Positions 48,792-60,400 of a stretch of DNA of 64,000 bases are shown here, piece by piece. The DNA lies in assembly GCA_013265495.1 (NCBI GenBank), contig MU058687.1, positions 496,001 to 560,000 of the forward strand. Direction: 5' to 3'. The translations under genes were made by a program, and so were the position numbers. The notes under the pieces are model-generated. The model was not told the origin of the DNA. It was given only the letters and a program-made list of their open reading frames with translations, and made no database searches. Position 1 is the first letter of the stretch. Every line of letters begins with the position of its first letter. The stretch comes from Vicugna vicugna (lineage: Eukaryota).

Positions 48792-49934
48792 CAATTTTTA
48801 TTATTTTTAGTAGGAGAAACTATGATGCATCCATCCCAACCTAAGGTATCCAAACAAATTTCATAGGTAGAAAAATATATCAACTGACAAGGAAATTAAG
48901 TTTTAGTAATTAACAAATTGGAAGTAAATATATACAGATTGTATAACAAACATAATGTAGTGAAACTTTATTGTGTTTATCAAAGGAAGAAGGGAGGGTG
49001 TGAGTGGGTGGTAGCTGTGGAATGTGAGAGAGTCGTTTTTTGAAAGGAGCATTCTTGCCGCACTTTTTTCTTCACTAATTTTTCAGCCTTTAGGGGGCTT
49101 AAATTATCTTACACTCAAACTGCACTTAAAAGTCAAGTCATAGCGTAAACATGAGAGCATTTTCAATTATGTGGAAGTTTTGAAGAATTTCGGTTGGTGT
49201 TATCCCTTTATCCCTCTTGGTTGGTGTACATCCATAAAGCAAATGTTCAGGGTTCATTCAAACACGACACGCAATACACATTTGGTCCATGTGGTGCTCT
49301 CTGATTGGAGAATGGTAGTGTTGAACACACTGCACCAATGTTGTAATAGCACCTTTTATAAAACCATTATATAAAAACAAAAGCCTATTGTATCTTATAC
49401 ACCAGAAACAATTAAAATATAACATGTTTTAAGAACATAACCTTCCCCATGGTACTTAAGGGTTTAAACACAAAAATTTTGCAAGATCTTTATGGAAAAA
49501 ACTGTAAACTTTATTGACAGACATTAAAGAAAATCTAAGTAATTGTCACAAATTAGAAAGAAAACAAAAGCCATTATACAAAAAAAAAAACTTTTTAAAA
49601 AACGTTATCTAAAAGATAACGAACAGTCATTGTGGGAGTGAAGTTTGTATTTACATAGGCCTGGAATTTGGAAAGTGAATTTAGATTCAGTATTCTAGTG
49701 TGTCTTTCATTTTAATTCTTAAAACAAACTACATTTCTTGGGAAGTTTATACCTGGAATGTTTGAAATACAGAATGCTGTTTCTTCTCCCTGGAAAGCTT
49801 TGTCCATTTCCTTAAGCCCTTTTTCTGTGCTCCTGTCACATTCCTCTATTACAGCCACTATCAAATTATATTATAAATGAGACATATATCTCTAGTCTGT
49901 GAGCTCCCTTAGGTCAGGGACTGTGGGACGATAA

Positions 49935-50180
49935 CTGTAGCAAAGTAGTTAAGAGCACAGGCTCTGGAGTTAAGGCCACCTGGGTTCTAATCCTGCCTCC
50001 ACCACTTATTAGCTGTATAAACTTGAGCAAATGATGGAACCTCTCTGCCTCATTTGTAAAATGCGGATGATAAATGATACCTGTCTATAATGTGTTGTGA
50101 GGATTTTAAATGATAACGTGTTAAGTGCTTTGAATATTACACATAATCACCATTCAGAAATGTTAGCATTGTGATTCTTA
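49935..50180 (+). mobile_element. Near full-length MIR
   Basis: GTTAAGAGCACAGGCTCTGGAGT...CCTGGGTTCTAATCCTGCCTCCACCACTTATTAGCTGT...CCTCATTTGTAAAATG. Confidence 0.85.
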
Positions 50181-51479
50181 GCCATTCAGCAGCAGGCTCT
50201 TCCCTGGGTGTGCTTTAAATTTTGAACAATGTGTAATGGATGTGTTAACATTACAGTGATGCGAGTTAGGTGGAATTTAGGACTGAGCAGTTTTTATGTA
50301 ATGTGTGGAGCAGGGTTCAGTTTCTTTTGAGTAAGAGGTGAGAAGCATAATGTCAAATCAGCACCGAGGAAAGATGGCACTAATTAGTGTAGTTGAGAAC
50401 TTTGCTTCACAAGTATATCAAGAACGTAAGAATGTGTTCAAATCAGATAGCGATCCTACTCAAATAGCCACAAAGGGCTGAAGGACAACCAAGTAACTAG
50501 TGTGACAATTATGGAGGCTCTTATGGCACCTGTGAGAAATTATACCATACGAATAACTGTGTTAACTTGCATAGTGATTTTCTGAACCTTTTAGTCTCTT
50601 CAAAATGTGAATGCAAAATCACATCCTATATGAAATTGTGTTCAATAAACACGTGTTGAATGAACCAGTTTTTTAAAAAGAAAACTGTCGGTGTTGTTCT
50701 TCTGAGTATCTTCAAAGCACAGCACAATAGTGAGCACATGGAAAGTCAATAATTAAATGCTTTTGTGTAAATGAAGTTACCTGCGTTGCTTGTGATCTGA
50801 GTTAGGATTGCTAATTCAATTATTACGTTTAACCAATTATATACATGTACTGAGGATTACTTAGTTTTCATAGCAACTTTAATCTTTTATTTCATAGATT
50901 TTGGTATGTTTAAATATATAGCTTTAAGTGTTTTTGCATTAGTACATTTGCATTAGTCTAATCTACTTCTATTAAATTTAATTGCATTCTGATTTCCTGG
51001 GATGAATATTTAGTCATTGAACAAAAGGAACATTTCTCATGTAATTATTCATAGTGACTAAATGATCTAAGTACTATAATTACTTTAATTCAAAATATAG
51101 TATCTTTGCTTTCAAAAAGTATATCATAAATATAAATTCTGGTATTAATCTGAATTTAAACAATTGAATTTATGAAGTGTATTTTCTCTTGAAGCATATT
51201 GGCAGTAATATCCAAACACCCAGGTTTTTTATCAGGAACATTGATTGGTTAGATTTTCAGTTTTTTAGCAAGAACAAAGCCAGAAGGGAAAGGCTGTTTT
51301 TTCTTTGTGCCTCAGGATAGAGATAAGAACTGGATGCCTGTGCTTTCAATGGAGAAACCCAGATTCTGTTACCTTGGATCTTCCCTGTGTGAAGTCTCTT
51401 TATCAAGGGTTTTATATGAGTCCAATGGGCTTTTTTATACTTCTGCATTTAATTTTTGCACATCTCTACACATCACTCA

Positions 51480-51862
51480 TTTTTATAAAAACAGCATTAT
51501 TGAGATATTTACACATACTATAAAATTCACCCATTTAAAGTATACAGTGAATTTTTAGTATATTCACAGAAATATGCAATTGCCATGACTGTCCAATTTT
51601 AGAATATTTTCATCACCCCAAAAAGAAACCCCATGCTCATTAGCAGTCACTCCCATTCCCCCGACTCCATTCCCCTCTCCAACCAACCTTAAGTAATCAC
51701 TGACCTACTTTTTGTCCCTATGTATTTCATTCCTTTTTATTGCCAAATAATATTCCATTATATGGATATACCATATTATTCATCAGTTGATGGACATTTG
51801 AGTATTTCTACCTTTTGGCTATTAGGAAAATGCTGCTGTGAAGATTCGTGTAGAATTTTTTG
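51480..51862 (-). mobile_element. L1MB 3' end fragment
   Basis: TTATTGAGATATTTACACATACTATAAAATTCACCCATTTAAAGTATACAG...TTCATCACCCCAAAAAGAAACCCC. Confidence 0.85.
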
Positions 51863-53764
51863 TGTCATGATCATTAAGCTTTCTTTTGATGTTAGGGTGT
51901 ATTTGTATATTATAAGTTTTGTGTTAGAATACCTTGGATATAGTTTTAACTTAGTATCAATGCAATATATATTACCCAATGATCTAAATACATTTTGCTA
52001 AACTAATAGATAACTTAAGCATTTATTAGTCTCCCCTTTGTCTTTTTGAGTCACTCAGAAACTGACTGGATAAGCAAAAACACAACCCTTTTTGCTTTCT
52101 TCACTCTCAGCATTGGATTCCATTTCAAAGGACTCTACGGTTTGATATTTCATATCTTGAGCTAGAATGGAAAAGAATGGCTTATTGTGAATCTATTTAT
52201 AGTTGACTGGCTATATGGCTGAATGACAACTGTGGGTCACACCCTTGGTTTTGTTGTTATTTTTAATCTCAGTCAAATATTCTTGTTTTGTTTTTGCATA
52301 GAGTTAAACTTTGAAAGAAAGAATCTATACACCTGGAATGCTGAACAGCTTCTGCATATAGAAATTCATTTCTGTATTGACATTAACCTCAAAGACACAT
52401 CATTGATTGTACAGATGAAGTAAATGTACCCAGTAACTCAAACTGAACCTGGGCAATCATCAAGAAAGTAGTTCAAAGAATGTGATTAATGGTAGGAATA
52501 TTTAAGTGTTTTATTCACATTGTCTTTTGGCCTTTGACTCAACTCTGGATTTATTAGAAATAGGACCCCTTAATCAAATCAGAGCTAGGTTACTAGGGAC
52601 TTAATAAATTGTTTTCATTTAAAATAAACTTTTTAGCTAATTATGAAAACTGGCTTTTATAATCTCTCTACCTTCCAAAAAACTGAGCGTTTGTCAGCTA
52701 ACAGGAATGCTAGTTTATTAGAATCAACATGAACATAGATGAAAAAAATGATTTAAAATGTGACTTTTTGATGGAATTAGTTCAGGTTGATTTTACAAGC
52801 ACAGGATTTTTAACTCATTAAGATAGCATCTTCTACCCTGGACTTTATAAATTATTTATTTATTTTGAATAAGAAATAAAAACATTGAAATAAAATTTAA
52901 GGTAAAAGCATGGTAGATGTCTCCATTAAAAAAAAATCTTTTGAAAACTTCAATCTTGAAAAGAAACTAGACTCAAGAGCAAACCACTTGACCTGTGGTT
53001 TGGTTGTTCACTGTCTCAGCTTTGTACTTAACAAAATATGGTAAATAGTTGTAATTGGTTTAGTTCCTGCCAAATTTTGGATAGATCAAATTCATTATTT
53101 GTGGTTTGATTTCTTAAAAGCAGGACCATGTCTTATACTACTTTGATAGCCCCAAGAAATCCCAAACAGTGCTGGGAATTAAGAGGGTACCCGTGGCTTA
53201 TTTTAAGATCTATTTCATAATGTTCACTTGCATTTTATACCAGTGGCCTAGTGGAAAGCATTTAAAAAGGAGCTGTTCTTAGCTTGCCAGGTGTTCCTAG
53301 ATAGTACGTTCCTAAAATGTCAGTTCAAATATCGCTCCTTTTCCAAAGCTTTTCCTGTCCATCCATACATTCTGCAAAATTAATTATCCCAATTTCTGTC
53401 CTCATAATGTATTGTATACCCTCTTATAGCTTGGATGACATTGCTTGATAATTATTTACTTTATAGTGTGCCTTCTGATAGATTCTCAAGGTTAAGGATT
53501 GTATTGTAACCTTAACACTAAACACAATGCATGGCACTAGAGATAGAGCTAAAATTTTGGTAGAAATTCTAATCCTTGGCTGAATTATAATTTCTCCCTT
53601 TGTTGCTCATAGAGAAGGTAGTCTCTCTTCTACTTTTAGTTTCATGGTAAGAAATAGGCTATATGTTCATAATTTTAATAAAATAAACCCCACCCAATCT
53701 TTTAGTAATAAATTAGAACTACAGAGAATGGGAGACAAAATCAAAGTTCCCGGGTAATATAGGT

Positions 53765-53956
53765 TAGTGGCTCTCAAACTTTTAGCATGCATCATAATCA
53801 CCTCAAGGGCTGGCTAAAGCATGGATTCATGGGCCCAACCTCTAGAGTTTCTGATTCAATAGATCTGGGATGGGGACCTGAGAATATGTGTGTCTAACAT
53901 GTTCCCAAAGTGATGCTAATGTGGTTGGTCTGGGGACCACACCTTGAGAACCACTG
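53765..53956. mobile_element. MER5A-like hAT MITE, complete
   Basis: TIRs TAGTGGCTCTCAAA and TTGAGAACCACTG; perfect 8-bp TSD ATATAGGT (53757-53764 and 53957-53964). Confidence 0.92.
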
Positions 53957-54800
53957 ATATAGGTAATAAATTCTAACTAACCTACCTAAAAACCTCTACC
54001 ATGCTGAAATAGGATCTGTTCCTGATTTCCCCACCTAGCTCTCTCTTTAAGGTCTTGAGGGAAAAGTATGTACTCCATAATTGCAAAGGTCTCTACAAGT
54101 AACTACATGGAACACAATTAAGCTATTGATGAGCACACCTTAGTGCCCAAAGGAGCTGGGAGAAAGAAGCTTACTTTTTAAGGAAGATTGGTTAATTTCT
54201 CTGGGTGTCATTATCTGCAAATATAAGAGTATGTAATTTATGTAATGGGCATGCAATAAGAGTTTGCTGACTAGCTGATAAAACTAGTTTAGAATTCTGA
54301 CCTTCTGATTTTGAGGCCAGTGGTCTAGCATCTATAAAATACTTCTTTTCACTTTCCCATCTTTATTGGTTTGAATGCAAATAAAATTAATTTAAAAATA
54401 TATTTTAAAAGTAATTATTAAGCATTATAGTAAATGTTTATATAGAATCTAACCAGATTTCCTCCTTTATTATAGTTTGCCATACTGATCACTCATAAGT
54501 TGTTTTTAAGATCCTAAATTTTGACCTGTAGTGTCAGTGAAAAAGTATTTTTTCATTCAATACTTATTATATGTTAACTATGTACAGGTTAAACTCTGGA
54601 ATTTCAGTGATGCAGATATTATACAGGGTATAATATAATTTTCTGGCTGAAGATATTTTTGTGTTCTACTTCTTTTAAATTAATAATTGATGAATGTTAC
54701 AAATAAGATTATTCAAAAACATCAAAACTGGATATTTGTGGAGAAAAAAAGGTTAACTAGCTGTTATTTCTACTCACAAGGAAAATAACCACTACCATAC

Positions 54801-55267
54801 AGTTACCGACTGGGGCCCTTGGACTCTAATCAATAGAAATTGATAAGAGGCCAGACGAGAATTCCAGGCAAGGCTTCACTGGGGCTCGTACTGCAGCATG
54901 AGGAAGTGAAAACAAGAAACAGATACCCTTGCTCTCCCACGGAAAGGAGCTGCTTGGCTCCTTAAAAGGGGTAACAACAGGCGCAGGTCTGTGGGTTGGG
55001 CAGAAGGTGTAGATTAGATGGTCTGCCCACCCCCTTGCTGGTGCTGTGTGCAGGGATCTTGTGCAATACCCTGCTTTTGCTCCCAGCACCTCAGAAATGG
55101 CAGTTGGCTTGTGGCCTTTTTGTATTGCATTTTTCATAATTGCCTCAGCTGTGCATGCATGCAGTTATTTTTAGTTACTTATAGTTTCCTTGTATTCTGT
55201 TGCTCAAGGAAACCTTAGTCCAGGTGCAGACACTCCAGTAAAGGGTCCCAGGTCCCAGCCTATCTCA
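54801..55267 (-). mobile_element. Solo ERV1-class LTR
   Basis: Minus strand TGAGATAGGCTGGGACCTGGGACCC...CCAGTCGGTAACT (terminal CA mutated), 467 bp. 4-bp TSD ATAC / ATAT. Confidence 0.8.
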
Positions 55268-55655
55268 ATATGACTTCCTAAGTGGACTCATCATACAGTC
55301 AAATCCTTACCTTGATGTGATGTGGTTTTAAAAGAAATTCACAATCAAATGAAGACAGTAATTGTAGCTTTGTACTACTACATGATTTTAGAGGAAAAAG
55401 ATTTTAAAGTTAAATGTTACTGGATAACTACTGTATATTGGGCATTTTTTCCCAAGTCTGTTAGGGAAATTATCTTTAAAAGTCTCTTCCATTGAATGAA
55501 TTTATTGTCTGGTCAAGTTGAGAACATGAACCATGCACACATGAAACCACAATACAAACAATTGAAAATCAGATTATCAGATAGGACAAGTAAGTTGTCT
55601 TACATTGGATAAGTCATCATCTATAAAGTAAAAGAGTGATCAAAATGAAGGAGGG

Positions 55656-56161
55656 GTACTCACTATGTGGTCAGGACCCAACTACTGCTACCGCTGTGGG
55701 AATGTGGCAGCCATCTTGGAGCTGGATGAGCATCTCCAGAAAGATTTCATCATCTTTGAGGCTGCTCCCAAGAGACATGGGGCCTCCCCTCCAAAAAACC
55801 CCATGGCTGACTACTTCCTGTGACCTCCTTGGCCCCTGCCACCCTCCAGCCCCTCTAGCCCTGGACCGCTGTTGACTCTGCCCTCTTCTCCAGATGGAGG
55901 CTAGGTGTTAGGTGGTGGGGGGTTGTTCCTGGCTTTGCTGTCCCTCAGAAGAGGGCACTTCGAGGGTGAGGAGTTTTCTAGACAGGACTTTTCAAAGCCT
56001 CAGCTCCATGTGCCTTCTCCCCTGTCTCCCCACATGAACCATGAAGTTTCCATTAATTTTGTTTTTCTTTGTTTTCTTTGTTTGTTTGTCTTTAGATTAC
56101 AATTTTGAGAAAAACAAACAAAAAAAGGCAAAATTCTAATAAAAGAAGAAAAATAGTCAAA
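55656..56161 (+). pseudogene. PPP4C: 5'-truncated processed pseudogene of protein phosphatase 4 catalytic subunit
   Basis: Translates [38 protein letters not shown]...ADYFL*, the PPP4C C-terminus. It continues into a 3' UTR with AATAAA and a short A tail. TSD AAAATGAAGGAGGG (55642-55655) / AAAGTGAAGTAGGG (56162-56175). Confidence 0.95.
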
Positions 56162-58020
56162 AAAGTGAAGTAGGGTCATCATTTATATACAGTTGTTGAT
56201 AGTGTTGATAGTGTGAGGGCAGACTAGCTGAAGTTCAGCTACACTAGTGAAGTTCAGATTAAGCTGTTCCTTTCTGTATCTTGTTAGCTACTGGACTGTC
56301 CTAGACCTTAAAGTTAGTCTTGCTACTGACTGAAGCTTTTCCTGAGAAGATTCAATAAAGGAGTTACCAAGGACTCATTCTCTCCATCTCCCAAAGAATT
56401 TTGTAGAAGCAAAGTGTTGAGCCAGAGAGCTTCCTCATAGCTGTTTTACAAATAAATTGAAAATTGTACTCTTAGATTTGTCAGTATGATTTCTTAAATA
56501 ATTAAGAGAGAAAGGTTGGAAGGCAGCAGCTCCTTATTATTAGGCTTAACCTGAGTTAGATTTGGTAAACTTTAAAAAATATGTAATCTGCTTTTGATTG
56601 TTTGGTCATGTGTAATTTGTTCCTTATCCAAAGAATTTAACGACGGAAATAAACATTCATGACATGAGAAGTCACCCGCTTTCTACAGCTCTTCCTGTCC
56701 ATCTATTTCCAAGCCCTCTGCAGAATTAATTATCCCCATCTCTGTGCCCTGGCCTACTCTTCATTGTGTTATGATATGTAGTGATAATGAGAAAAAGCTA
56801 TATTTCCAGAGAAGCATTTGGTGAGGTTTTCTTTTTATTATGGAGATTTTTCAAGCATGTACTAACTAGAGAGAATGCTATAATGAACCCCATGTCCCCC
56901 TCTGCAGCTTCAGTAAGTCAACTTTCTGCCATTCTTGTTTCATCTCCACCCCCTTGTATCACATTTTTCTTTTGATTGTGTTGTTGGCTAGTGTATTTTA
57001 AAGCAAATCCTAATACCATTTCATTCATAAATATTTTAGTATGTATCTCTAACGAAAGGCCTTTAAACACACACACACAATTATTACACTAAATTTTAAA
57101 AGTCATATTTCCTTAATAACATAGTCCATGTCCAGTTTGGCTCAAAATTATGTTTTTCACAGTTGGTTTGTATGAGTCAGGATCTGGCCAAGGTCCACAC
57201 ATTGATTTGGTTGATATAACGTTCAGTCTCTTAATCTTCTCTATAAGCACACTCTCTTCTTTCTCTAGGGAAATACCGCATGGTATTTAATTGTTGAAGA
57301 AACTAGGTTGTTTGTCCTGGAGGATCTTCCACATTTTAAATTTGGATGATTTTATCCTGGTAGCATCCCCACATGTTCCTCTCCCCACCCCACCCCCAAA
57401 TTTCCTGTAATCTGATAGAGTTAGAGAATAAAGTGGGTTTGGAGTCCATCTTTTTGGTAAGAATGTTTCATGCATGGTACTGCATACTTGCTGTTGCTGC
57501 ATATCAGGAAGTACATGACCTTCATTTGTTCCAGTTTCAGTGAAGATCAGTGGGCTTAGGTGGTATCAGTCTGAACCATTAGCAACTATTTGATTTCCTG
57601 GAAATATAGTACAAAGAGGAAAGGCAGAAAAAATGCTAGATTTTTTTCCTCTTTTACTTACCAATTTTCAGAACGTGAAATGAGTTGAAGTGACTGAAGT
57701 CTTTTAAATAATAACATAGGTGTCCATACTTCATGTATAATCATTCTTTTTGACACTCAAAAGTGACCCATCTTTACTAATCTTTGGTAACTTCCTTGCT
57801 TTCAGCATGTCTCCGTATTCCTGGTTCATTTTTACTTCTCATGCGTTTCTCCAGGGAATCCTGGTCCTTTTACTAGAAACCTAGGTACTAATAGTGCTCA
57901 TTGGTACTAGACATTTTCTGTGGACAGGGTTAGTAAATAAATTGTTGTGATTTTTTTTTAGGAGAAAAAGAAATTGTGTTCCTACCAATATACCCAGTTC
58001 AAATTAAAAATGTTAAAGGG

Positions 58021-58137
58021 CTGTGTTTTGGGGGGGGGCAGTAATTAGGTTTATTTATGTATTTTTTAATGGAGGTACTGGGGATTGAACCCAGGACCTC
58101 ATGCCTGCTAAGCACGCACTGAGCTACACCCTCCCCC
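58021..58137 (-). mobile_element. vic-1-like SINE, long-tail form
   Basis: GTAATTAGGTTTATTT...ATGGAGGTACTGGGGATTGAACCCAGGACCTC...TGAGCTACACCCTCCCC, with TAAAGGG on both flanks. Confidence 0.9.
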
Positions 58138-58537
58138 ACTAAAGGGTTTTAATTTAATATATTTGATTTTATAATGGTATCTCTTTTCTCTTACACTGGA
58201 AATCTTGGTTCCTAATAACTAACAAGGTTGTTTATTTGACTTACAGTAAAACTAGCGTCAAAGAACTAACTACATGTAACAACAGGACTGCTGAATGCAA
58301 TTTAAGATTTCTCTGTGCTTCTTTTATATCCTCAGGATATATATACTTGTAAGGATATATAATCAGAATGTGTCTTTTAGAATTATCTAAACTTTTGTAC
58401 TGTGTTGTTAAACCAAATTTTGGTGATTCAAGTTATTTTCAATTTATTTCTATTTAATACATTTTATTTTTTAATATATAAAATATTTATATGGTATCCC
58501 AAAGTAAAACATAAAATAAGGTACTTTCAAAGTGTCT

Positions 58538-58796
58538 ATGTGGAATCTTAAAAAAAGACACAAATGAACTTATTACAAAACAGAAACAGACTCACAGACA
58601 TAGAAAACAAACTTATGGTTACCAGGGGTAAAAGGGGTGGGAAGGAATAAATTGGGAGTTCGAGATTTGCAGATGCTAACTACTATATATAAAATAGATA
58701 AACAACAAGTTTTTACTGTATAGCACAGTGAACTATATTCAGTATCTTGTAGTAACCTGTAATGAAAAAGAATATGAAAAGAAATATATGTATGTA
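58538..58796 (+). mobile_element. Cetartiodactyl L1 3' UTR fragment lacking its terminal tail
   Basis: ACAGAAACAGACTCACAGACATAGAAAACAAACTTATGGTTACC...CTGTATAGCACAG...GAATATGAAAAGAAATATATGTATGTA. Confidence 0.9.
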
Positions 58797-59199
58797 TTTC
58801 CCCATGTCCTAATTTTCTGCTATCATAATGTATTATACATACATCTACACCTTGCTTTTTTCCCACTTAACAGTATGTTCTAGAGATCACTCTATAGCAA
58901 TATATAGGTCACCTTCATTCCTCTTTACAGCTGAGCAGTACAGTATAAGGAGTCCCCTCCCTATAAAAATGGACATTTGGGTTGTTTCCAATCTTCAGCT
59001 ATTACAGATAGTGCTGAAATTAATAGGCATGTGAGTACCCTATTTAATATTTTTGCTGGTGTGTATTTGGGATAGCTTCCTGGAAGTAAAATTGCTAGCT
59101 AGGTCAAAGGGTAAAAACAGATAATTTTACAAGGACAAAAATTTCTTATGCACGGTGTTGAATTAAGAATTGACAAGGAAGCAGAGTTCCTCTTTCCTT

Positions 59200-59690
59200 A
59201 TCTATGAATAAATCGTTCCAGTAGATATATAGTTGACCACCTACCATGTACCTGGTATTGTTCTAATTGCTGGGGATAGAGAAGGAGTTTCTGAAGAACT
59301 TCATGGAGCATGAAGGTAAAGTTAATTTCAGATTTTGCTAAGTTCTGTGAAGGAGGTAAGTAGGTTGACATGAAAGAGAGTAACCAGGAGGACTCACTTC
59401 GGATAGGGTGTTCAGGGAAGGCCTCTCTGAAAAGGTAACATTTGAGTTGAGATATGACAGATTAGAAACTGATTAACACTGCCATTTATAGACTTCCCTA
59501 CTATATGCCAGGCAGTATGAAGGATTTTCATACCTTATTTTATCTCACAAGACTCTGCAAAGTCTGTTTTCTAATTCCCATTTTATGAATAAGAAAACTG
59601 ATGCTCAGAAAAATAAATTTTATGCTCAAGGTCTTAAAACCTGTAAATGGGGGCTGGGATTTGAATCAAGGCTAGACTTGTGTAATTCCA
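59200..59690. mobile_element. L2 fragment followed by a MIR fragment
   Basis: CAGGGAAGGCCTCTCTGAAAAGGTAACATTTGAG (L2); CCCATTTTATGAATAAGAAAACTGATGCTCAG (MIR). Confidence 0.65.
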
Positions 59691-60239
59691 AAGACAGGTA
59701 AGAGGAATCCTTTTTTTTTTTTTTTACTGTATACAGTGCCTCTCTTAACCAGAAAGAAAGCAGAGGATACTGAGTAACGTAATAAATGATTTAAACTCTT
59801 GTTTTAACCTGACAGAAATATGGTGGGTTTTTTTTCCTTTTAAAATACTGTTTAAATTTACTGCTGAATGATTACAACTTTAGAATGCATAATATGCTTG
59901 TTTTCTTTGGGAATATTTGTTATATAAGAAAATAGAAAAACAAGGCTTCCTGTCCAAGCTAAATAAAATAATTTCAATATCTGTTTTTATTGTTTTTCAT
60001 TTAATGGTGGTTCTATGTTTAAAATATCATAGCAAAAATATTCCCCAGATATTTCTAGCCTATTAAAACGGTGCACCTTCTAAGTATCCTATTTATTTAT
60101 TTATTTCACAAATATTTGTTGAAATCTATATTCAAGGTACTTTACAGTGCTTGTTTAAAATAACTTCATTGAATGAAATGACTAATTGTTCAAAGTTCTG
60201 TAAATAGCCATAAAATTAACCTCAGGGGGAAATTTTTTT

Positions 60240-60400
60240 CTTGCATCAGCACTTACTGAGCACTTAAATGTATTTCATCTCATAACAATCCATTCAGGTA
60301 AGTACTGATCCCCCATTTTACAGATGAAGGAACTGAGGCACAGAGAGACTACATAATTTACCTGAGATCACCATCTAATACATGATAGATTCAGACCTAA
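60240..60400 (-). mobile_element. MIR fragment
   Basis: CCCCATTTTACAGATGAAGGAACTGAGGCACAGAGAG core. Confidence 0.8.

Larger units (their letters stand above)
56830..59130 (-). mobile_element. Long degraded L1MC-type region hosting younger insertions
   Basis: TATTTTAAAGCAAATCC, GAGTCAGGATCTGGCCAAGGTCCACACATTG, TTGTTGAAGAAACTAGGT, GGACATTTGGGTTGTTTCCAAT. Confidence 0.65.

Noticed and set aside
48630..49390. Possible ancient Tigger-like element
   Set aside because: I could not establish convincing TIRs by eye; it needs a Dfam search.
52302..52420. Possible exon after a T-rich acceptor
   Set aside because: The donor is weak and the translation is unrecognisable.
55636..55875. 79-aa ORF from the track
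   Set aside because: It is an off-frame reading of the PPP4C retrocopy.
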